Source: Bradyrhizobium sp. (GTDB taxonomy: Bacteria > Pseudomonadota > Alphaproteobacteria > Rhizobiales > Xanthobacteraceae). Taken from it: a stretch of 51,118 bases of DNA. Shown in pieces: positions 44,609 to 51,118 of the stretch (positions are counted from its first letter, which is position 1; each line of letters begins with the position of its first letter). Location: assembly GCA_049674245.1 (NCBI GenBank), contig JBATYU010000406.1, forward strand, positions 1 to 51,118, in the 5' to 3' direction. The notes under the pieces were generated by a model. The model saw only the letters and a program-made list of their open reading frames with translations, did no database searches and was not told the origin of the DNA. The position numbers were made by a program, and so were the translations under genes.

Positions 44609-44667
44609 AAGTCATTATAGTCATCACGATGCGCCAAGCCTAGTGGAGTGGATTTGAAGTAGGCTCC

Positions 44668-45273
44668 TCATTTGGAAGCCGTCGCGTCCAACGCCAAGTT
44701 CAGCGCCAGCACGTTGACCCGCGGCTCGCCGAGCAAGCCTAAAAGCCGGCCTTGGGTGTTTTGCGTCACCAACTCGCGGAGCCGATCTTCCGGCATGTTG
44801 CGCGCTTTCGCAACGCGCGGCACCTGGAACAGCGCGCCTTCCGGCGAGATATCGGGATCGAGCCCGCTTGCGGAGGTGGTGACCAGATCGATCGGCACGG
44901 TACTTTGCGGATTTTCGGCCTTCAACTTGTCGACATCTTCCTTGACCCGGTCGTTCAGCGCCTTGCTGGTCGGGCCGAGGTTGGAGCCGCCGGAATTGGC
45001 GGCGTTATAAGGCGCAGGCACCGTCTTGGTGGAATCGGCCGGGTCGGGGGCCGTGGTCGCGGAGGGCCGGCCATGGAAATATTTGTCGTCCTTGAACTCC
45101 TGCCCGATCAGGGCGGAGCCGACCACCTTGCCGTCTCGCTCGATCAGGCTGCCCGCTGCCTGTTTCGGGAAGATGGCGCCCGATACCGCGGTCATTGCCA
45201 GCGGATAGGCGAGGCCCGTGATCAGCGTCAACGCGACGAGGATGATGATGGCGGGACGGATTTCTCTGAGCAT
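44668..45273 (-). CDS. kdpC: K+-transporting ATPase subunit C
   Basis: [34 protein letters not shown] and [13 protein letters not shown] at 45273. Confidence 0.96.
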   Translation of the reverse strand: MLREIRPAIIILVALTLITGLAYPLAMTAVSGAIFPKQAAGSLIERDGKVVGSALIGQEFKDDKYFHGRPSATTAPDPADSTKTVPAPYNAANSGGSNLGPTSKALNDRVKEDVDKLKAENPQSTVPIDLVTTSASGLDPDISPEGALFQVPRVAKARNMPEDRLRELVTQNTQGRLLGLLGEPRVNVLALNLALDATASK

Positions 45274-45295
45274 AGTAGGTCTCCTAAGTGTTTCT

Positions 45296-45380
45296 CCGTC
45301 ATTGCGAGCGAAGCGAAGCAATCCATCGAGCAGCAGGGGAAGAATGGATTGCTTCGTCGCTCCGCTCCTCGCAATGACGG
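45296..45380. repeat. Palindromic REP/RPE-like element between kdpB and kdpC
   Basis: CCGTCATTGCGAG-CGAAGCGAAGCAATCCAT...ATGGATTGCTTCG-TCGCTCCGCTC-CTCGCAATGACGG: long nested inverted repeats of a type common in alphaproteobacteria. Confidence 0.85.
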
Positions 45381-45382
45381 GG

Positions 45383-47500
45383 TTAGGCGAGATGCAAGGC
45401 CGCGACGACGAGGTCGATGGCCTTGATGCCGATGAATGGAATGATGATGCCGCCGAGGCCGTAGATCATCAGGTTACGCTGCAACAACGCGCCGGCGCCG
45501 ATCGCGCGATAGGCGACGCCTTTCAGCGCCAGGGGAATCAGCGCGATGATGATCAGCGCGTTGAAGATGATCGCCGACAGGATCGCGCTTTGCGGGCTTG
45601 CGAGATGCATGATGTTGAGCACGCTGAGCTGCGGATAGAACGCCAGGAACATCGCGGGGATGATGGCGAAATATTTCGCCACGTCGTTGGCGATCGAAAA
45701 CGTCGTCAGCGCGCCGCGGGTCATCAGCAGCTGCTTGCCGATCTCGACCACCTCGATCAGTTTTGTCGGGTTGGAATCGAGATCGACCATGTTGCCAGCC
45801 TCGCGCGCGGCCTGCGTGCCGGTGTTCATGGCGACGCCGACGTCGGCTTGCGCCAGCGCCGGCGCGTCGTTGGTGCCGTCGCCGCACATCGCGACCAGCT
45901 TGCCCTTGGCCTGTTCGTCGCGAATGAGTTTTAGCTTGTCCTCCGGCGTCGCCTGGGCAAGGAAGTCGTCGACGCCTGCTTCCGCCGCGATCGCCGCCGC
46001 CGTCATCGGATTGTCGCCCGTGATCATGACGGTACGAATTCCCATGCGGCGCAACTCCGCAAAACGTTCGCGGATGCCGCCCTTGACGATATCCTTGAGC
46101 TGGATCACGCCAAGCAGGCGGCCATCCCTGGCGACCGCGAGCGGCGTGCCGCCGGCCTTGGCGATCTCATCCGAAATCGCCTGGATTTCGCGGGCTTGCT
46201 CCGAGCTCGCGCCGGGTTGAATAGCCCGCACGGTGTTGCCGGAGGCCATCGCCTGCGCGGCGCCGCCACCGACATAGTTGAGGATCGCGTCGACCGCGCC
46301 CTTGCGCACCGACGATCCGCCGGCATCGACGCCGCTCATCCGGGTCTGCGCCGTGAACGGAATGAAGGTGGCGCCGAGCTCGGCGATGTCGCGGCCGCGG
46401 ATACCGTATTTTTCCTTGGCCAGCACGACGATCGAACGGCCTTCCGGGGTTTCGTCCGCGAGCGAGGCAAGCTGCGCCGCATCGGCCAGATCCTGCTCGC
46501 TGACGCCGCGCACCGGGCGGAACGCGGTGGCCTGCCGGTTGCCGAGCGTGATGGTGCCGGTCTTGTCCAAGAGCAGCGTGTCGACGTCGCCCGCGGCCTC
46601 GACCGCGCGACCCGACATCGCCAGCACGTTGAAGCGCACCAGGCGGTCCATTCCGGCGATGCCGATCGCCGACAACAGCGCGCCGATGGTGGTCGGGATC
46701 AAGGTCACGAACAGAGCGACCAGCACGACCACTGAAATCGAGCCGCCGGCATAGGCCGCGTAGCTCGGGATCGTCACGGTCGCGAATACGAAGATGATGG
46801 TCAACCCTGCGAGCAGGATGTTGAGCGCGATCTCGTTCGGCGTCTTCTGGCGCTCGGCGCCCTCGACCAGTCTGATCATGCGGTCGATGAAGGTCGAGCC
46901 TTGAGCGGCGGTGATGCGAACCTTGATCCAGTCGGACAATACCTGCGTTCCGCCGGTCACCGCCGAACGGTCGCCGCCGGATTCGCGGATCACAGGCGCC
47001 GACTCACCCGTGATCGCGGCCTCGTTCACCGAGGCGACGCCTTCGATCACCTCGCCGTCGGATGGAATGTTGTCACCGGCCTCGACCAGCACGATATCGC
47101 CGACCTTGAGGCTTGTGCCCGACACCAGGCGATAGGTGCGGTCGGAGCCGCTCAACAGCTTGGCCTGGCTCTCGGTGCGGGTTTTCCGCAGCGAATCGGC
47201 CTGGGCCTTGCCGCGGCCTTCCGCAACGGCTTCGGCCAGATTGGCGAACAGCACCGTGAACCACAGCCAGAGGATGATCTGGAAGGTGAAGCCGAGGTTG
47301 GCGCCGCCGGTCAAGAGATCGCGGAAGAATATCACCGTGGTCAGCGCGGCCACGATCTCGACCACGAACATCACGGGGTTCTTGATCATGACCCGCGGAT
47401 CAAGCTTGACGAAGGCGGAGCCGATGGCGGGCACCACAATCTTCGGATCGAGCATGGTCGATACCGGCATCCGCTTATTCATTTTCTGGACGACTTCCAT
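45383..47500 (-). CDS. kdpB: K+-transporting P-type ATPase subunit B
   Basis: [23 protein letters not shown] (phospho-Asp), KGA, TGDN and [10 protein letters not shown]. Confidence 0.97.
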   Translation of the reverse strand: MEVVQKMNKRMPVSTMLDPKIVVPAIGSAFVKLDPRVMIKNPVMFVVEIVAALTTVIFFRDLLTGGANLGFTFQIILWLWFTVLFANLAEAVAEGRGKAQADSLRKTRTESQAKLLSGSDRTYRLVSGTSLKVGDIVLVEAGDNIPSDGEVIEGVASVNEAAITGESAPVIRESGGDRSAVTGGTQVLSDWIKVRITAAQGSTFIDRMIRLVEGAERQKTPNEIALNILLAGLTIIFVFATVTIPSYAAYAGGSISVVVLVALFVTLIPTTIGALLSAIGIAGMDRLVRFNVLAMSGRAVEAAGDVDTLLLDKTGTITLGNRQATAFRPVRGVSEQDLADAAQLASLADETPEGRSIVVLAKEKYGIRGRDIAELGATFIPFTAQTRMSGVDAGGSSVRKGAVDAILNYVGGGAAQAMASGNTVRAIQPGASSEQAREIQAISDEIAKAGGTPLAVARDGRLLGVIQLKDIVKGGIRERFAELRRMGIRTVMITGDNPMTAAAIAAEAGVDDFLAQATPEDKLKLIRDEQAKGKLVAMCGDGTNDAPALAQADVGVAMNTGTQAAREAGNMVDLDSNPTKLIEVVEIGKQLLMTRGALTTFSIANDVAKYFAIIPAMFLAFYPQLSVLNIMHLASPQSAILSAIIFNALIIIALIPLALKGVAYRAIGAGALLQRNLMIYGLGGIIIPFIGIKAIDLVVAALHLA

Positions 47501-47525
47501 GGACGTAACTCCGAAATGAGCTCGA

Positions 47526-49229
47526 TCAGAACAGGGTGTTGGCGTTCATCGCGAGATGCTCGACGATCGGTCCGAGCGCCAGCGCTGGAAAGAAGGTCAG
47601 ACCGCCGATGATCAGGATCACGCCGACGACGAGGCCTACGAACAGCCCGCCGGTAGTCGGGAACGTACCGGCCGAGGCGGGATGCAACTTCTTCTCCGCG
47701 AGCGAGCCCGCGATCGCCATCGCAGGAATGATCATGAAGAAGCGGCCGACAAACATCGCGACGCCCCCGGTGATGTTGTAGAAGGGGATGTTGCCGGTAA
47801 GGCCGGCGAACGCGGAACCGTTGTTCCCGGTTTGCGACGTATAGGAATACAGGACTTCGGTAAAGCCGTGCGGGCCGGCATTGGCCATCGAGGCCACCGC
47901 CGGAGGCAGCACGACAGCGACCGCGGTCCAGCCGAGATACATCAACGGCAGCACCAGGATCGCGAGCATCGCCATCTTGACCTCGCGCGCCTCGATCTTC
48001 TTGCCGACATATTCGGGCGTGCGGCCGACCATCAGGCCAGCTACGAAGATTGAAAGCACCACGAACAGCAGCATGCCGTAGAGGCCGGCGCCGACGCCGC
48101 CGACGATGATCTCGCCGAGCTGCATGTTGATCAGCGGGATCATGCCGCCGAGCGCGGTGAAGCTGTCATGCATGGCGTTGACCGCGCCGCAGGACGCATC
48201 CGTGGTGATGACGGCAAACAGCGAGGAAGCGATAATTCCGAAGCGGACTTCCTTGCCTTCCATATTGCCGCCGGTCAGCCCCAGCGCGTTGAGCGCGGTG
48301 GTGCCGTTGGCCTCGGCCCAATAGGTGACGATAACGCCGGCGAGGAACAGCACGCCCATCACCGCGAGGATCGCCCAGCCTTGGCGCTGGTTACCGACCA
48401 TGCGGCCGAACACGTTGGTGAGCGCGGCACCGAGTGCAAAGATCGAAATAATTTGCACGAAGTTCGACAACGCGGTCGGATTCTCGAACGGATGCGCCGC
48501 GTTGGCATTGAAGAAGCCGCCGCCATTGGTGCCCAGCATCTTGATCGCGACCTGCGATGCGACCGGCCCGACCGCAATGGTCTGCTTGGCGCCCTCCAGC
48601 GTCGTGGCGTCGACATAGGCGCCAAGGGTCTGCGGCATGCCCTGCCAGACCAGGAACAGTGTGTAGACGATGCAGATCGGCATCAAGATGTAGAGCGTGC
48701 AGCGCGTGACATCGACCCAGAAATTGCCGACGGTCCGCATCGAGGCCCGCGCGAAGCCGCGGATCAGCGCCACCGCGAGTACAATGCCGGTCGCGGCCGA
48801 CAGAAAGTTCTGGTGAGTGAGGCCGAGCATCTGCACCAGATAGGACAGCGTGCTTTCGCCGCCGTAGTTCTGCCAGTTGGTGTTGGTGATGAAAGAGATC
48901 GCAGTGTTGAAGGAAAGATCCTCGGCGACCGCGGATTGTTCGGCCGGATTGAACGGCAGTATCGCCTGCAGGCGCATCAGCCCATAGATGATCAGGAAGC
49001 CGCCGACATGGAACAGCAGCATCACGACCGTATAGGTCAGCCAATGCTGTTCGCGCCTCTCGTCGACGCCGCCGATCCAGTAGAGGCCGGCCTCGACCGG
49101 GCGCAGCACCGGCGACAGGAACGTGCGCTCGCCGCTGAAGACGCGCGTCATGTACCAGCCGAGCGGTTTGACCAGCGCGACGATGATGACGCAATAGAGG
49201 ATGATTTGAAGCCAGCCGATAGCGGTCAT
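47526..49229 (-). CDS. kdpA: K+-transporting ATPase subunit A
   Basis: [32 protein letters not shown] and NNGSAF selectivity-filter repeats. Confidence 0.97.
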   Translation of the reverse strand: MTAIGWLQIILYCVIIVALVKPLGWYMTRVFSGERTFLSPVLRPVEAGLYWIGGVDERREQHWLTYTVVMLLFHVGGFLIIYGLMRLQAILPFNPAEQSAVAEDLSFNTAISFITNTNWQNYGGESTLSYLVQMLGLTHQNFLSAATGIVLAVALIRGFARASMRTVGNFWVDVTRCTLYILMPICIVYTLFLVWQGMPQTLGAYVDATTLEGAKQTIAVGPVASQVAIKMLGTNGGGFFNANAAHPFENPTALSNFVQIISIFALGAALTNVFGRMVGNQRQGWAILAVMGVLFLAGVIVTYWAEANGTTALNALGLTGGNMEGKEVRFGIIASSLFAVITTDASCGAVNAMHDSFTALGGMIPLINMQLGEIIVGGVGAGLYGMLLFVVLSIFVAGLMVGRTPEYVGKKIEAREVKMAMLAILVLPLMYLGWTAVAVVLPPAVASMANAGPHGFTEVLYSYTSQTGNNGSAFAGLTGNIPFYNITGGVAMFVGRFFMIIPAMAIAGSLAEKKLHPASAGTFPTTGGLFVGLVVGVILIIGGLTFFPALALGPIVEHLAMNANTLF

Positions 49230-49256
49230 GGAGGTATGCCTTCTGGGATGCGCGGA

Positions 49257-49346
49257 TCAGAACCGCTCGGGCCGCAGCAGCGCGTAGGTCAGGTAGAACA
49301 ACAGGCCTGCGGAAACGATGGCGGCGAGCGAATAGTCGAAGATCAT
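49257..49346 (-). CDS. kdpF: K+-transporting ATPase subunit F (29 aa; not in the ORF track)
   Basis: MIFDYSLAAIVSAGLLFYLTYALLRPERF with the KdpF signature YLxYALLRPERF; GGGAGGGAG RBS. Confidence 0.93.
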   Translation of the reverse strand: MIFDYSLAAIVSAGLLFYLTYALLRPERF

Positions 49347-49358
49347 GGCTCCCTCCCC

Positions 49359-49442
49359 TCACAACCGTTCGCAGACATAGGCATAGCCTATGCCGGCGGC
49401 GAAGAAGCCGAGCCCGAGGGCCAACATGGCGATGTCAAACAT
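49359..49442 (-). CDS. 27-aa hydrophobic peptide upstream of kdpF (not in the ORF track)
   Basis: MFDIAMLALGLGFFAAGIGYAYVCERL; AAGGA RBS; stop lies 12 nt before the kdpF ATG. Confidence 0.75.
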   Translation of the reverse strand: MFDIAMLALGLGFFAAGIGYAYVCERL

Positions 49443-49612
49443 GAGGTGTTCCTTGTCGCGCTTGATACCGGCTAGCGATTTCCGCGCGTTTGCCGGAAGG
49501 CTTGTTGCGATGGATCGATCCGCGGATCGAATGCGATCCTGCCGTACCCGTATCAGTGGCCGTGAGGTGCCACTGGGTGCATAGGTTTTCGAGGCGGCCG
49601 CGCGCGCAATAT

Positions 49613-49629
49613 TATAGGAATCTCATAAA
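49613..49629 (-). promoter_or_regulatory. Putative KdpE box facing kdpFABC
   Basis: Minus strand TTTATG-AGATT-CCTATA, half-sites 11 bp apart, AT-rich in a GC-rich background. Resembles the E. coli KdpE site TTTATA-N5-TTTACA. Confidence 0.6.
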
Positions 49630-49653
49630 AGCCCAACGTCCCGGCATCCGGTA

Positions 49654-49670
49654 CTTATGGAATTTCTATA
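49654..49670 (+). promoter_or_regulatory. Putative KdpE box facing the divergent hypothetical genes
   Basis: CTTATG-GAATT-TCTATA, the same motif in the opposite orientation. Confidence 0.55.
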
Positions 49671-49767
49671 TCTCGATCGCCCGCCTCCTCTCGTTTTCAA
49701 ATGGCGTCTTGGCCACCTTGGGACAAGCGGCCGCCGTTTTCCGGCCCCCTCGAAGTGAGACCACGCC

Positions 49768-50235
49768 ATGCTACACCCTAGAGAACATCGCGATCCCGGC
49801 GCGCTCGGCGACCGGCTTCGCAATGCGCCAGAGGCGAACGCGACGCTGATGGCCGAGACCATCGATACCGCGTGCCGGCGGTTCCCGTCTTCAGGCCAGA
49901 GCGAAAGGACCGCGCGGATCGAGCAGTTGATCCGGTCGGAGGCCTGGACCGATGCCGCGCTGGCGCTGATCGATCTCGAGCTGCCGCTATGGCAGGTTCG
50001 CCGCCTCGCCTATGACGAGGGCGAGTGGTATTGCGCGTTGTCGCGCCAGCGCGAGCTGCCGGACTGGCTCGATCAATCGATCGAGGCCCGGCACGCGGAT
50101 TTGTCGCTCGCGATTCTGAGCGCGTTCGTCGAGGCCCAGCGCGTCAGCGCCCCGTCCAGCCGACCCAGCGTTCCCGTCGTGAAGGGGAACCTGAACCCGC
50201 TCTACGAGCCCGTTTGTTGCGACAATTTCGGCTAG
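49768..50235 (+). CDS. Hypothetical protein, possible phage ABA-sandwich-like domain, C-terminal CCDNF
   Basis: 155-aa ORF with TDAALALIDLELPLWQV...EWYCAL...IEARHADLSLAILSAFVEA. Confidence 0.7.
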   Translation: MLHPREHRDPGALGDRLRNAPEANATLMAETIDTACRRFPSSGQSERTARIEQLIRSEAWTDAALALIDLELPLWQVRRLAYDEGEWYCALSRQRELPDWLDQSIEARHADLSLAILSAFVEAQRVSAPSSRPSVPVVKGNLNPLYEPVCCDNFG

Positions 50236-50262
50236 GCGCCGGTCATCGGAGTTTCGAACCCG

Positions 50263-50544
50263 TTGCAGCCCCCGAATCTGCCGCGCGAACTGAGATCCAG
50301 CCAGGTGCTCATCCGCTTTGGTCTGCGAATGATCATCCTGGTCGCCTTTGCCGCGCTTGGCGGCGCCGGCTTCGGCAGGAGCCTTGCGGCGCTGCTGTGG
50401 ATGTCCATCATCCTCTGCGCCGTCGTCGGCACGATCCGACTAGAGCGTCCGTTGGACGGCGTGCTCAATCATTGGGACGAGGCCGTCGCCTACGCGGCGA
50501 TGTTTTTCCTGGTCAGCGTCTTTGATCACCCGGTCCCGGTTTGA
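50263..50544 (+). CDS. Hypothetical small membrane protein (about 3 TM)
   Basis: Hydrophobic stretches flanking RLERP...LNHWDEA; start codon uncertain. Confidence 0.6.
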   Translation: MQPPNLPRELRSSQVLIRFGLRMIILVAFAALGGAGFGRSLAALLWMSIILCAVVGTIRLERPLDGVLNHWDEAVAYAAMFFLVSVFDHPVPV

Positions 50545-50560
50545 GACGGCTGGGCGCAGC

Positions 50561-50577
50561 CTTATGCGTCTCCTATG
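50561..50577 (+). promoter_or_regulatory. Third putative KdpE box
   Basis: CTTATG-CGTCT-CCTATG in the intergenic region upstream of ORF 50749. Confidence 0.5.
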
Positions 50578-50748
50578 AGATCGACGCGGGGTCGCCCTCG
50601 AATTCATATCCGGCGAGGAAGATATTGGGGGCGCCAAAGTCGAGCAGGCCGCCCGCCAACGAAAGCCATCCGAACATTCATAAGCGGAACACCGCCGTCG
50701 CCGACAGGGCAGGCGCTACGCCACTCCATCTCTGGAAGGAATACCAAC

Positions 50749-51009
50749 GTGAAGCTCGTCGAACCTCCATCGTGCAGCTCGCCATCTGCAATCGTCTTCA
50801 TTGGCAAGAATAGCCGCGGCAACTGGGTCGCCCGGCAACAGCACGGTCTCTATGGCGGGCTGTTCGTCAACCGCGCACAAGCCGTCAAATACGCGCTGTT
50901 CGAGAACGGCCATCACCCTGAAACCATCATCGAGTTGTCGCGCGAAATCGAGATCGACATCGGCGGCACACTCCCCTTCTCCGCCGCCGAGACGCGGCGC
51001 GCCGCTTGA
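50749..51009 (+). CDS. Hypothetical protein (86 aa)
   Basis: GTG start with AAGGA RBS; FIGKNSRGNWVARQQHGLYGGLFVNRAQAVKYA. Confidence 0.65.
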   Translation: MKLVEPPSCSSPSAIVFIGKNSRGNWVARQQHGLYGGLFVNRAQAVKYALFENGHHPETIIELSREIEIDIGGTLPFSAAETRRAA

Positions 51010-51041
51010 TGAGCCCGCCGGCCGCATCAAAGGAGAGCCAC

Positions 51042-51118
51042 ATGAGCGAGCCTCATTCCGTTTCAAGCCTGGAACAAGTCGTCGATACCATGATCGGGCT
51101 CACCCGCCTGTCCTATCT
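51042..51118 (+). CDS. Start of a hypothetical protein, truncated by the window edge
   Basis: AAGGAGA RBS, then MSEPHSVSSLEQVVDTMIGLTRLSY open to the end of the window. Confidence 0.5.
   Translation, partial: MSEPHSVSSLEQVVDTMIGLTRLSY

Overview
GC-rich alphaproteobacterial chromosomal segment; gene content and intergenic repeats point to Bradyrhizobium/Nitrobacteraceae (inference). No phage, IS, CRISPR, rRNA or tRNA was seen. Left to right: 3' part of a 2-oxoacid:ferredoxin oxidoreductase beta subunit; a DUF3754/TMEM143-like membrane protein; a TauD-family dioxygenase + MFS pair; the prkA(yeaG)-yeaH-spoVR triad; an oxidative pentose-phosphate operon (tal-pgi fusion, gnd, zwf, pgl, gntK, Cof-HAD); an L,D-transpeptidase; a trehalose/alpha-glucan cluster (GH15 and malQ divergent from glgE, treS-mak, glgB, glgX, treZ, treY); small stress proteins; ligD; a complete kdpFABC-kdpDE locus; and divergent uncharacterised genes. 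Main observations: (1) three copies of an 11-bp-period direct-repeat box (YTTATG-N5-YCTATR) suggest KdpE controls both kdp and the divergent uncharacterised genes; (2) a 27-aa membrane peptide gene, missing from the ORF track, lies upstream of kdpF; (3) an in-frame TAG interrupts the maltokinase domain of TreS-Mak; (4) several GGAAC-N16/17-(C/G/A)RTT sigma-EcfG-type promoters, including a back-to-back pair at malQ/glgE, suggest a general-stress-response cluster; (5) a candidate sRNA after treY and two rhizobial palindromic repeats. Family assignments come from motif recognition, not database searches.
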